From Marsupella aquatica (lineage: Eukaryota > Plantae > Marchantiophyta): a DNA stretch of 64,000 nt. The notes beneath the pieces are model-generated. The model worked only from the letters and a program-made list of their open reading frames with translations, was not told the origin of the DNA and did not search any database. Positions 13,038 through 25,806 of this stretch are shown here, piece after piece; positions within the stretch are counted from its first letter, which is position 1, and every line of letters starts with the position of its first letter. The position numbers were made by a program, and so were the translations under genes. Where the stretch lies: NCBI GenBank assembly GCA_973895155.1, contig OZ316896.1, positions 20,324,754 through 20,388,753 of the forward strand, in the 5' to 3' direction.

Positions 13038-15674
13038 AGCTGGATGTATCTCACTGACTACTCTTCAATGGGAAGTTGGCATTGCATCCTACAACCATTG
13101 CCCCTTGCACTCCTGTACAGGTTTCTTTGAGATTCCTTTCTGGCTCATGTACCTGTAGAACCCTCACTCCAAATGGGGTCTATGAATGCTGGCCTCAGCC
13201 AAAATCAACCTAGAGTACATTTTTACTGCAACTTACACTGAACTTTCCATAAACTTAAAAGGTAATACACCAACTTCCATGTGGGCCCAAAAAATTGCTT
13301 GAGTGTTCATCACTTGCACTCCATGATTCTCCTCATTAAATAAAATCTGGTGGATGAGGAAACCATTGTTGATGTAAACCCCAGAAACTACTCAAAAGGA
13401 AAGACCTGGGAGAAAACTCTAGAGTCTGTTGCAGAAACTTCATTGACAATTCCCAACTTTGACAATAATGGTATTTTGCAAGTGATTATGCATGCATGCA
13501 CTGAGTGATGAAAACATGAGCATGTTTGAAAGAGAAGACACCAACATTGGGGATGCACATCTAAAATATGTGAGATAGGAAGGCTCTGGTGCTTGCTTAC
13601 CATCAGATTGTAGGAGATGTCCCAATCACAATGGAGGTTGCATATTTGCTCCATCAATATGATTTAGTGACAGAAGTACAGTGCTTCAGGACATGACAAT
13701 CGTTGATTTCTGTCCAAATGAACAATGTCATACACAATTTCAATTAAGGCAACACCAGGAATTTGACCCAATCATCTCATTTCACCCAGCTGACTGTTGT
13801 GACGGGATTGTAATCATGATCTAGTCCATTGCAAAGGAAGCTTTGCCGCCTTCAAATGACAATGAGACCCATTGAAAGGTCGATCAAGCACATTTGATAT
13901 AAGAGGATTCTGATAATTGAAAGTGTTGAAGAGCAGTTCATATCATAGAGTCATGTATTATGAGAGGCTCGCATGACTAGACTGCTTGAGGCTCTCATGA
14001 GAATCCTCGTATGACATTCTTGTGCCCTACTTTTTCATTACATTAGGAAGGTGGTCTCTCGATAAGTGCAAGCCCTTGAGGGCAGGTTGGGGATTGCACT
14101 TAGCAAATTCTTGAAAATAATCTATTTGCAAAATCCTCTATGACCGCATGTTAAGTTAAAATGTCAAGTACCATGAACTTGAAGGCAGAAATGCTTTTTA
14201 ATTACAAGTAACTGCAATCATGTGAGAATTTATTGCCCTTAGTTTTAGTTTTTTTGCTAATCTGGCGGGGAATCTGGGCGTGATCCCCACTTGAAAACCT
14301 ATATGCAGGACTCAATTATCACTTGCACTACAAGTTTGACAGAAATTTTACTTCATAATGCACCTAGAAATTGGACAAATCAGAGAGGTTACTAGTAATC
14401 TACAACTATATAATAAGGGATCCCGTCTTTTTTCGTCTTTAGTCCCAATACAAAAAAGCTCCTGGACGAGAAAGATCCACAACCGTTGGATTCAATTAGC
14501 TGTATTCCCTGACCATTGATGGAAGAAATGTGCACCCCTAGCACATATGTGCTTCCTGCTACCCCATAAATGCCCCAGCCCAACTCCCTATGGGCCAGCC
14601 CTCCTTGCACAGTGCAACGCACTGGCATAGGGCTCGTTAATAAATAAATATGCAATGTGATGCAACATGGCCCTGGTTATTTCAAACTTCATGGAGAGGG
14701 GCTTGTTATGTTGATTTTCTCATAAAAAACAAGTAATTAAAGTTACACATCTGAGTTTGGGTGTTCCTCTTGTCCTCAAAATGTCAATATCAGTGTTTTG
14801 GGTTAGTATTTGTCCTCTTCTTTTGAGTTGCTTGTTTGTCCTGGTTGGACCTCTTTTGCCATTACTCCATTGTACTTGCTTTGGCCCTCTTTTCTTTTAT
14901 TGAAGAGATTAAAGCAGAAGATGTGCCCTCGCTGGCTGACAGACAGGCAAGGAGACAATCATTCTGTCATTTGCACCAAATACCGCTCTGTTGTTTGCTA
15001 TCGTCAGTTCTGAGAGGGTCTGCAATTCAGAGCACAAAAATGTGACAGCATTTGGGGGACCAGTGTAGTTCAACAGTTAGTTCCCACTGAAAGCTGAGGC
15101 GTGAACTCAGCCTTGCACTCCCAGAAAGGGCCTCCCGTTTCCTTTCCCTGGTGAGTCTAATTTTAAAGTCTTGTTATGTCCTCTTCATACCGATACGCTC
15201 CAACAGTCCAACTTCAGAATGAGTCTGGGCCCATTGTTTCTTTCTTGTTATTTCCCTCTAAGATTGAACCTGGACTACATATTGGCAGTGGGCCCAAGTA
15301 AATGCTGATGTGAATAGCTCATTTTGTCTAGAATTCCACTCCTACACTGCAATGTTTAACTGTATAATGAGTATAATTGTCTCAACAATTTGGCCGCACC
15401 CAGGATTTGCGATTCCTAACCCAGCCGAGGAATCGCGGCACAAGCCTGATTACGAATTCAACCTGGTGGATTCATACGATCCAGCCAATCTTCAAATGGA
15501 GGAACAATATCCAATTCTGTGGGAAGCAGACGAAGACACTACTGTGGGCGAGAAGGACCCAAAACATGACTTGGAGTCCAAGCACAAGATGAAGCAATGA
15601 CCGACAGTTCCACTCGCTGGCATACACACCCAGAAGGAATGCTTTTAGGGTCACAACATGAGTAACGGCTTCTT

Positions 15675-15691
15675 CCTAAACCCTAAACCCT
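15675..15691. promoter_or_regulatory. Telo-box (interstitial CCCTAAA repeats) upstream of SYP61
   Basis: CCTAAACCCTAAACCCT between the TOP3A 3' end and the SYP61 leader; site II-like TGGGCC motifs at ~15226 and ~15289. Confidence 0.55.
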
Positions 15692-16059
15692 GGGGCCAAC
15701 GTCATGCACATCTTGACGTAAAAACAGTCAATCTGACTGCCTCGGGCGTGAGATGAGACAAAAATTGCAGAGATCCTAGCCCTGCCCAGACGATATAGCT
15801 CTGCAGAATTAAAACGATACTGGTCGAGTTGTTGGCTTAGGAAGTATTCATCTGATGTAGAACCTGCTGTGCCTGATCTCCATTCCTCTGGTGTACATGA
15901 TGTTGCTCATGAGATTCGAGCTAGAATCGCTGTAGATCCCACTCCAAATCATCACCAGCGCTGTAAGTACATGGCCAAGAACCGAAGGGCAAATACTAAA
16001 GCATTTGCAACAATGTCAATATTATTCATTTTTCTGTGCATGGCAGGTGGCACTCTGCA

Positions 16060-19000
16060 CTAAGGTCTTTGAGGACAGGCATTTGACCAATGACCGGACT
16101 GTCCACACTTGAAGCAATTTCCTCTATCTGAACTTCCTCCTCTTGAGGATGCACCTCCACCTCTCCGCCCTCTGCCCACTGTGGTGGTAGTTGCATGGCC
16201 CCTTCCATTAGCTCGAGATCCCTGACTCCGATTCATGGCACTCGTAGTAGTGCTTCTACTGCCGTTGTTACTCAACAAAGAACGACCTGACTCTGGAGGC
16301 CCCCGAGAGCTTGTGCCAGCATCATCCCACCTGAGACAAGGAAGCCACCTATATATCACTCTCCGGATTTCCACGTCCATTTCTAATCAAATATACGAAC
16401 AATGCCCCTACTCAGGTCAACAGGAACGTCTGCCCTCTCAGCTGAGGTTAAATGGAATTATCCCACCGCACTGGATGTCCATGCTACAAATCTACTTGGA
16501 AACTGCAAATGAACTGAAACCTATTCCGTACTCACATGAAAAATTGGCAAGTATTTGTTGGGCACTTGTAAAATTTCCTGCCTCGATTGTTCTCAGTGTG
16601 GGCAGTCAGCAATGCACACGTCTCGTTGCAGTTGCAACGGATGTCATCGTCTGCACCTGAAATGAGCAGTCGGCCATGATAGGGGAAAGCAGAAAGTCAT
16701 TTCTAAGCCTCATGTCTGAACGTATGGCCATGTGAAAGATTAGGCCACACGTCATGGTTTGCAGCCAAAACTTAGACATCCACCAACATTAGGAATTACA
16801 CACTACATTGTTAAGAAGAGGAGAGAAGAAAACCCTATGGTGGATAAATTTACTGTTAGGAACTGAAGAAATTTAAAGGAACACCAGTTGACATATACCT
16901 CCTCGCCCTGATCCACCAACATGCAAACTGGGACAGTCAGTTGAAAAATGACCAAGCTGCCCACAATTTGAGCAAACTCTATGATTTGAGAATCCATTTC
17001 CACCGCCACGGCCTCCCACGTGCCCTGCTTCTCGTGAGCCACTCTGTCCACGAGGGCATTGAGATGAAATGTGTCCCGCTTGCCCACAAATTGAGCATGG
17101 CCGCTGATTTGTAGAACCACTTTGATTGCCATGTCCAGTTCCTCCCGACCTTGTCTGCCCTGGCCGGACTGCAACACAAATTCAAAGTTCGAGTTTCACT
17201 TCACTCCCATCAGTACGACTATTAAAGTTTGACCAAACTTGTGATGTAAAGAGGGACTGAACCTATTCTGGACAAAGGAGGTGCTCCAGCAAATCCCCCT
17301 GTCACCTTTCTCCCACACAGTTAGCAATTCTTGTTCTGAGCTTAGAAAAAATGTTAACCAAATTGCACTTACCGCCTGCAGCCCGAGGACCACTTCCACA
17401 CACCTCAATAATATCCTTCAGAATATCATCACAGCCTCCGACACAACCTGGATAAGATAGAGGAAAGGGCAAAGAACGGGCAATCAGATTGACTGTTTCT
17501 TACGTCAAGATTAAAAAAAGTTGACGTTGGCCCTATAGCTTACTAAGGACCCCACACCATCCTGCCGATAGAAACTATTTGAAAAAGAGAATTGTTTTTC
17601 CATCGCTATGAACAAACATTTGTTGCAAGAAAGAGGTAAATGATGTCTTGAAGTTAGGCACATTCAAAGATAACAGACATCGTCTACCCTACTAAACTAA
17701 ACTACAGCACTTTCTGAGAAAGATCAGTGCAGCGAGATGCTCGCCAGCAAATCTACATATGATGCCAAGGTGACAAGGCGGACCTGTGTAGTCGGTGCTG
17801 TATTGGAGCGGTATCTCCGCTCTCCTAAACTTGAACCGTATCTTAAATACTTGGCCTGCAGAGAAAATTAGGAAATCTTCACTAGATGCCAGATTTCCTA
17901 ATTCACTTTACGCGAAAGACCCAAATCATGCGAATCCTTGTTACCAAGGCATGGTGAGAAATGAAGCGTTATGGGGTAAATCAATGAGACGTCCATCCAA
18001 GCTTCAAAGGCTATGTAGATTTAGGCCAACATTCGAGTCTGCTTGCAAGTTTAGGACAAGCTAAACTAAAAGAAACTTGCATGTCTTTTGAGTAGAAGCA
18101 TCCCAATCTTACGTTATCACAGCTCAACTTGTTTTAGTTAACTGTTGGCACAAAACCTGCGCTTTATGAATCGACATGATACCTGCCTATCTACTCAAGG
18201 ACATTAATGGAACGCCTTACTTGGAGATAGGAAGTAACTTCAACTCTTACAATTCAAGGGTGTATTCACCTGGTCCACAAATATTGCAGGCTTGAGGTGT
18301 GACAGAAGCCTCTGAAATAGCACCAGGCAGCCATACAACTTCCCTGCACTGAAACACCGATAACATAAAAAGAGCTCATGAGATACATTGGAAATTCGTC
18401 CAACAACAACGCATATCTTCTACCGGACGAGCTCCATCTAAATCATAAATAGACTGAGCGAGTGCTCAGTAGCTAAATTAGGTCGCATATGATTTATACT
18501 ATCGAAAATATAAAAGGTACGCAGCTAAAAAAGTGGACCTTGAGCTAAAATGCTAAAGAAGGAATGAGCCCTTACCGTAGGATAACTTGAGCAGCCCACC
18601 ATAAAGTTACCTTCCTGGTACAAAGTCATAGCACAGAGAATAGATAAGAAACAAATTGTCGAAGTGAAAATGAACGAGAGGACAGTAGCAAATACCAAAA
18701 ACTCGTAAGCACGTCCACTAAGTTTAGACACCCACCGATCGCTTCCTCAGCAACAAGTTACCCTCTTGACAGGTTGGGCAGACGCGAACCACCTCTGCCG
18801 CAGAATCACCTCCTTGTGTTCTGCCTCCTCCTTGTGTCCTAATTGGCAAGAATGTGGTAAGCAGCTACCATTCATAACAGCTACCGTGGTGTAGGGAAGT
18901 CAGTTATAAAACGAACTTTTGTTCCTTACAGAAAGAGCTAAGAACAGGCAAGGACAAGCAAAGCAATCAATAACCGCAACCGCAGAGTTAATATACCACT

Positions 19001-22000
19001 ATACAACCGGATAGTCAATTGCAAAACGGTGATCAATAGAAATAGCACAAACCTCTCAAAAAACAGCTCCATTGCCTCCAGAAGCTTCTCTTTCTGCTGT
19101 CTTGCCTGTCCCAACATTACGCCACAGATTCTATTAGTGTCCTACACCCACAACTCCGTAAGGAGAAAAGCGAAAGAGAGCTAGAACGCCATCTCGGCAT
19201 CTAGCAATCAGGGACGAGTTCTTCGAGTTTTGAATTGGAGTAATATCGTGAGCATGAGAAGGGAGAACTCAGAGAAAGACCGCAAAAGTCCAAAATAAAC
19301 GCTAGCGAGGACCACTCCCACCCCACCCCACCCCTACCTGACAGTACAGATACCACTTCAAAAGCGGTTCCCATTATCATTCGTATCAGATAAACATTAC
19401 GTCCAACTGATCAATTGGACAACTTAAGTTCCCTTCCCACTGGAACGCGCTATGAACAGGGAAGTTTTGAATCGCGGACCAAGTAAACGTGAGACCCCAA
19501 TAAAAAAAATGGGAACTTCCAATCGTGGTTGCCTCTGTTGATGAACGCATCGGAGAGTAATACAAAGCCATACATTTCCAGGTTTTGATCTCTAGAAGAT
19601 TTGGTCCCGTAAACGATTCGTAAGAAGGAGAAACACAAAGGGAGATAGATCAAATATCGTACATCAATAAAGCAGTCCTTCATCTGTCGAAGACAAGACT
19701 CCAGCACCTGAGCTTTGCTTTTGTTGCCCTCGCTCACAGCCTTCATATCTCTTTCCATCATGGCTCTCAAATAAGGTTTCCACAGTTCATACCTAGCCAC
19801 ACCACAAACAAGTGTCATGAAATTATGTTTGATAGATTCAATGCTAGTTTACTTTTTAGTCTGATGCAGATCCATGCAAGCAGAGTCGAGGACAATGGTA
19901 GAAGCCCAAGCATTTGTTGGCAAGACAGATTCCTGTTGCTTTTATGTCGAACTCGTAGGCTTCCAATCTCATCAACAAGAAAGGACCACCAACTTTCCAG
20001 TGAATTGGATGTTGCTCGTCTGACATACTGACCGGTGCATCCACAAAACCGTATTTCTTACTTTGGCCTGAACGGAGAACTTCGACAATGTTTGAACCCA
20101 AACCGAGACCTCGTTTTCCTATAACGGAAGCAAGATACATCAAGGCCAATCATCCATCACAAGTTTATCACAAATCAGAGCTCTGAGAAGGGGTGTATAT
20201 TCCAATCGAGGCTTCCTTCAGTCTCCTGTAAAATCTTTTGGCAACTAAGCCATTATAAACGAATAGCCTTCCAGTGCGAGGTTGCCCCATGAAGGTCTTG
20301 CATAATCAAAATACAGCAAAGGTTAGAGTCTAGTCACTTAGGATGGAGGAGAGAACTCACCCCATGTCATCATAGCCCATTACTAGTGCTTCTCCCTGAA
20401 ACAACCAAGGAGAAAATCCTCAACAAATGACGTCAAATATCAGGATACAATCGACCATACAACAGATGGCAGTAAAATAAATAAAAGGGAAATAAACGTC
20501 TGCAGCGAGCTTTGAGGTTTACGCCTACGTACAAGTTCAGTTGGGGAGAAGCGAGTGTTTGCATCTTTTGTTGCATAATTACGGTCAAGAAGTTTTTTGA
20601 TGTGATCGTGCATGGTTGCATCCGTGCCAATACCAGCCTGTAATTCACAATAAAACCAGTCATTCATACAAATAAACCTGCCATAAAATCCCAATCAAAA
20701 CCCTCGTGGCGCGCGGTCCTTCATTTGCTATATGTCGAATCTCTAGCAAATGCTCAGCCTAAGAAGTACAAGTTGAGTTTCTACTTGCTGTGGACTTAGA
20801 CGGATGGAAGATAATATGCGGGCCGAAGGAAATAACTGTCTATCAGTGGAAGTTGGCTTAGTCTCTACTCCCACAAAGTGAGCGCATTCATCGTGCACCT
20901 TTTGGTTTCGAATGCATAAAACTTGAAATAGTGAAAAACTAGACCATAGTATAGAAATTTAGTAATCCAATTCAACAATGTGCTGGGGTACAATTTTGAG
21001 TGAAATTCTGATGATGAGGGTCATCTACCTTGTCCATCAAACTGATCAGATCAGCTTCGCTAAGTAAGGGTGGTGCCATCGTCATTCCCGAGTCAAGGGT
21101 GAGACTGTCTGGAATAAACTGCAACCAGTATCCAATGTAAGCAGAAGACAGCAATCGAGACAATCCAGAAACCCCAAACTAGGAATAGAATCCTGGAAGT
21201 TATCATCTACTCAATCCAGCCTCTGGAGGTACTTTCTGAAACTCACTGGACGATAATGTAATTGTTGCCTACAACAAATCAATCTTCTGCCCGGGGTGGA
21301 CCTACCACACTATCAAACCAGAACTGGATGAATAATTAACAAACAAGAGGCACCCACAGGGCATACACTGAATATAAATGACGCAACAATGCGGTTGCAT
21401 GCACCAACCTGCTGACCCAAGTCGAAAGTAGGAAGAGTTGATGCACTCCACTTTTCATAAGTATATACTTCAAGGTAATTTTTCTGTCAGCAAAACGCAA
21501 GAATTCTTGGAAGAGAGAAGCCCAGATATGCAAAATGCGATAAATAGCTATTTTGACTCACTTACTGAAACTACATTTGAAAGTCGGACTGGCAGGAAAA
21601 TTTTGTTGCACGTAGCTTAATACTAGCTGAATATTGAGGTCGCAACCATGCAGACAATAATTTTTTCTCTTTGTAAGTACTTTGTTTCTACCAGGAAGAG
21701 TCTAGGGTAGCTTACGCTAGAAGCTTTTTAGTTCTCCTTCACAGCCGTCGGATTGAGACTAAAGCGAGATTTTAAATAATTGTTCAAAAAGAAGCTTACA
21801 GCGGTTATCATTAACCCGGAAGCCGTGAAGGTTTCTCCAGCAATATCTATATTTGCAGACGTTCTATATCCAACTGCTGGCTGTGATACACAAGCCAGAA
21901 AATGGCGAACCACCAGCTCATATAATCTCTGCACATCCATAACATCGTTGTTAATCATCGTTCCACTCATCAAAACTTGAGTGGGCTCATCAAACAGAGG

Positions 22001-25000
22001 CGACGATATCAGGTAGAATTTAGTTGACTCACAGAAAAGGAATGGCAAGAACCTCACCGCCCTCCATCGCAAAAGAAACACACGAGAGCATGCTGCCAGC
22101 AAAGCTGAGACTCCACGAAAGACTGCCAGGAAGAACAGGACCGTACCTTGTGATCATTTGACCAGTTGTGCTCGCCCTGAGAAAATCGAGTGGGATGAAT
22201 GGGAGGATGAGCATTATCATTATGCCCACCATTACTGGGCTGCCGCCACAAATTCGCAGCTGGATCAAGAAGACGCTGTGCATAATTACCCCAAACAGAG
22301 TGTGGCATTTGCTCTCGAACCATTGCCTGCGACGAACGAGAGACAAATGTCACTGTTGTTATAAAAGAACCAATTGTGAATAGCCTACTGCTAGGAACCA
22401 AGTCACACCTACATGTATACGGGAATGTTCAACAGCTTAAGTGTTCCAGACCAACTTCAAGGTGGCATTTTAGACCTGATAAGTACCAATCAAACGACAA
22501 AGTCCACATGTTACCAATAGACACCCACATGAAGATCTGTATTAGCGGTGAAAGAATCTGTCTCAGTCCTCGGATAACTTATGAATCCAGATTGATAGAG
22601 CTCCTCTGCAACCTGAAATAATTCGGAAAAACAGGATCTTAACACTGGCAGGTACAAAATAATTGTTGTGTTTGTAGCTCCCATCGGAAAACACATCAGT
22701 CCACTCCTGTCAACATGACATTTGCTCAAATTCATACGAATTATTCTTAATTTGCTTGAATGTGATATGTAACACGTAGGATTTATTATGAAGCTGATTG
22801 AATGCGATGTGCAAATATGTATACAAGGTCAACGCAACTGATTGGAAAACTTCAGAATGTAGGCAGAAGAGTGAAAATTCAAGAGACTTCTTCATGACAT
22901 TTGCTCATGGAAGAGACAGTTAGTCTAATACCCATATCAACGCTTCGAACACATACACAAGTACGTCCAACTTTGTAGTACAGCAGCAATCTACGGCTGA
23001 TAATAGTTTGTGAAAACATGGGTACTTCCATTTAACGATAACCGTGCAAAAATGAATGACAGGAGCTTTGAATGGCTGGCATTCGAGCGACTTCATGCAT
23101 CTAGAAATACAACTATTCTCACCTTCATAGTCTGTTCTGAGCCCATTCGGAAGTACCAAGAACACCGTTTCTGAAGCTCAACAGTGTTCAAGGGGTGGGG
23201 TGGAAATTTACGAGTTTCTTGGCCGTTTACTTGCGAGACCTGACGAGCTTCAACATTGTAACAGAGAATCAAGAATCAGCCGAAGCTGATGTTTTGCTCA
23301 TGACCTCTCGGAAGTCAAAAGAGATCCCATCGTAAAAGCACAAGCGGTCAGACAGAAAATCATCTCGATCCTGCTGGAGCACATTAAACCACCTAATAAA
23401 CGACTCTCCAGCAAAAAACAGTGAACCTATCTTATGAGAGAAATTTACCGTGGCAGTAGGTTCCTCAACACACATTTCATATATTACAGCTGCAGCAAGA
23501 TGGTCAAACAGTCTTCCACGCCTGCCATGGAACAGACAGAGTCATAACTTGCAACTTCAACTTTCAACAGCAAACTATTCTTTCGCCAAGCGAGGGACAG
23601 TTCGATATTAGCATATTTCATGGAGAGCTTAGTACATAGTTGGATATCGAATCATTGAGCACTACAAGCAGATCTGGGCTTGATAAGGAAAGATGCGTAC
23701 GTCCAACTAAAGCTACAAGAGCCCTCGTCTGACTGGTAAGAACAGTTGATGGTCCAAAATTCTTCAGGAATATGTGCTTGAACTTGCCAATAACGCTCCA
23801 CCACAAATCCCAAAGTTGGAAACTGCACGGAGGACAGGCAACATCATCTTGTTTTCGACCACAAAAGGTGCAGAGTTGTGACACCAGTTCCAAGTTTGAT
23901 GTACTATTCCCATGACAATCTCAGGCACCTTCCGTGAGTTGCGTGAAGGGAATCGATAAAAGTCTAGAAGAAAACGATACCTTTTATCACAATATTAGGT
24001 GAGAACTCACCTGACAGGGGCCGTAGCTAAGAATCAGATTCCTTTCCTCGCTAGCAAAAGGAAATGTGAAGCTATCTTTCAATAGCATGGTCTGGAACCG
24101 AGTGAATGATGCTCCAATTCGTAGGTCAATTTCCTACATAAGCCCAAGCGACACAGACTGATAATTTGATTAGATAAAACCAAGGTGGCAGATGTCCTTC
24201 AGTATCCGAATCTGCATTATGAGAAGATGACAGTGTACATTTGACTTTCATGAAATATTTGAATACTTGTTCAAGTCACCTTGGTCCGTTACCTGGCGCG
24301 CGTCAACAGCATCTGAAAACAACTGATTTGGCCGTCCAAGATGCTGAGCTGAGTGATGGATGTCCCTGGATATTACCAAACCGTGAGATAACGCAACGAA
24401 TACATGCGAAGTCACTCTTAACCTATTTTGAAAGAAGTCTCAAGATTGCACCATCGCATGTGAGTTTCTACAATTTTCGAGCATGAGAGTCCAACCTAAA
24501 TTGAAATGGACAGTTTATAGATAGGAACCATCAAACTTCCTTTCAACCATGGAAGCGAGCAGAGATGTAAAGTCAACCATGTTGTCAAAACTTGAAAGCG
24601 ATGAGGGAAATCTTGAATTTGAGTTTATGTTAATCACCAACCAGAAAACGGAACTGCGGGGAACTTTGCTTGCCATTGAGACCGCAAAAGGGAGGCAAGT
24701 TCCTTAGTAAGAGTAAATACGAAACACACTACCTAGCCAATATTCCATACTTCAGAGACTATGGTTATGCTACTAACAGAAGCTGTCGCATGAGGACGCT
24801 AAAGATATAGGACAGAGGAGAGCAGATTGATTTGCCTCTCAATTAGGGCCGAAAAATGAGCTCGCCAGATATCTAGCCGGGGGTTGCTTGCCTTGCAAAC
24901 GTCCATCACTTCAAAAGCAATATTCTCACCCTCGCGATCACAGTCCAACCACAGCACCAACCTCTGACATGACCTTGCCTCCTCTTGAAGAGTCCTTTCC

Positions 25001-25431
25001 AAAGCCCGTTTGTCCTGCAAGGATTAACAGCCATTTTGAATACCCCAGCAAAGGTCACAGAACTAAGCATTGCAGCACTCAACCAGATCCACTTTAATTA
25101 CAATCAACCTCACGGAGCACACCAGATTTTAGTTTGGCAGGAGGAATTTTCGTACTTCAGGGACGTGCTTTCGCACTGGTGCTTGATAGAGAACAGCAGG
25201 ATCACAAGAGTGCCATTTACGGTATCGATCGTCGAAATCGAGCTCCATCAAATGCCCGGTGACTGACGTCATCAACATAAAACATTGCTGGCCATTGATA
25301 GAGTAAGAAAACTCGAAAATCTTATTATAACGAGAGCGTCCTTCTCGCGACCGCATATTATTCTGAGATAATATCTGAGCAACTGCCTTGGCTACGGAAG
25401 GCTTCTCGGCCACATTGAGGACACGCGCCAT
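16060..25431 (-). CDS. TOP3A: DNA topoisomerase III alpha (type IA), ~24 exons
   Basis: TOPRIM motifs [12 protein letters not shown] and [11 protein letters not shown]; SYGPCQFPTLGF; catalytic-Tyr motif ISYPRTET (~22560-22585); AHPPIHP; [12 protein letters not shown]; C-terminal Zn fingers (CCHC knuckles and a GRF-type finger RGRKFYKC), ending [18 protein letters not shown]. Confidence 0.96.
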
Positions 25432-25785
25432 GGCAACTCCAGATATGACTCCAAATTAGCTCCAGAAAACGGATTACAGTCACATCCTAGAACATTCAAT
25501 TCAATCTCAGCCTCTGCCAGAAGCGTGAAGATTTTCTATCAGGGTCTAATGGCCACCATCGTCGCAAATTCATGTGTACCAGGACCACAGAATCCTTAGA
25601 AAATGTCATGTTGAGCAGAGGATCCAACAGAATTCCACCGAGATTGACATGTGCTCCCATTCACTCTCTCTTCAGCTACAAATCCTTCAGAATCCGGAGT
25701 CCTTCAGCTACAACGCCGACCCAAAAGAATTTATTGGCTTTCAATTCCTTTCCGCGTTGAGGTGCAATTCACTTTCTCCTCCCAA

Positions 25786-25806
25786 CCCTTAAACCCTAAA
25801 CCCTAA
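25786..25806. promoter_or_regulatory. Telo-box upstream of TOP3A
   Basis: AAACCCTAAACCCTAA ~360 nt upstream of the TOP3A ATG; a degenerate copy CTAAACCCCTAACCCCAAAACCCCAAAACC lies at ~26075-26104. Confidence 0.6.

Noticed and set aside
13388-13900. Possible hAT transposase remnant upstream of the SYP61 ATG
   Set aside because: Only vague motif resemblance across several stop codons; not supportable by eye.
15310-15600. 96-aa acidic plus-strand ORF
   Set aside because: Non-ATG start, no family motif, and antisense to the likely pyrimidine-rich SYP61 leader.
16803-17177. 124-aa [13 protein letters not shown] in the ORF track
   Set aside because: Alternative frame of the TOP3A CCHC-knuckle exon.
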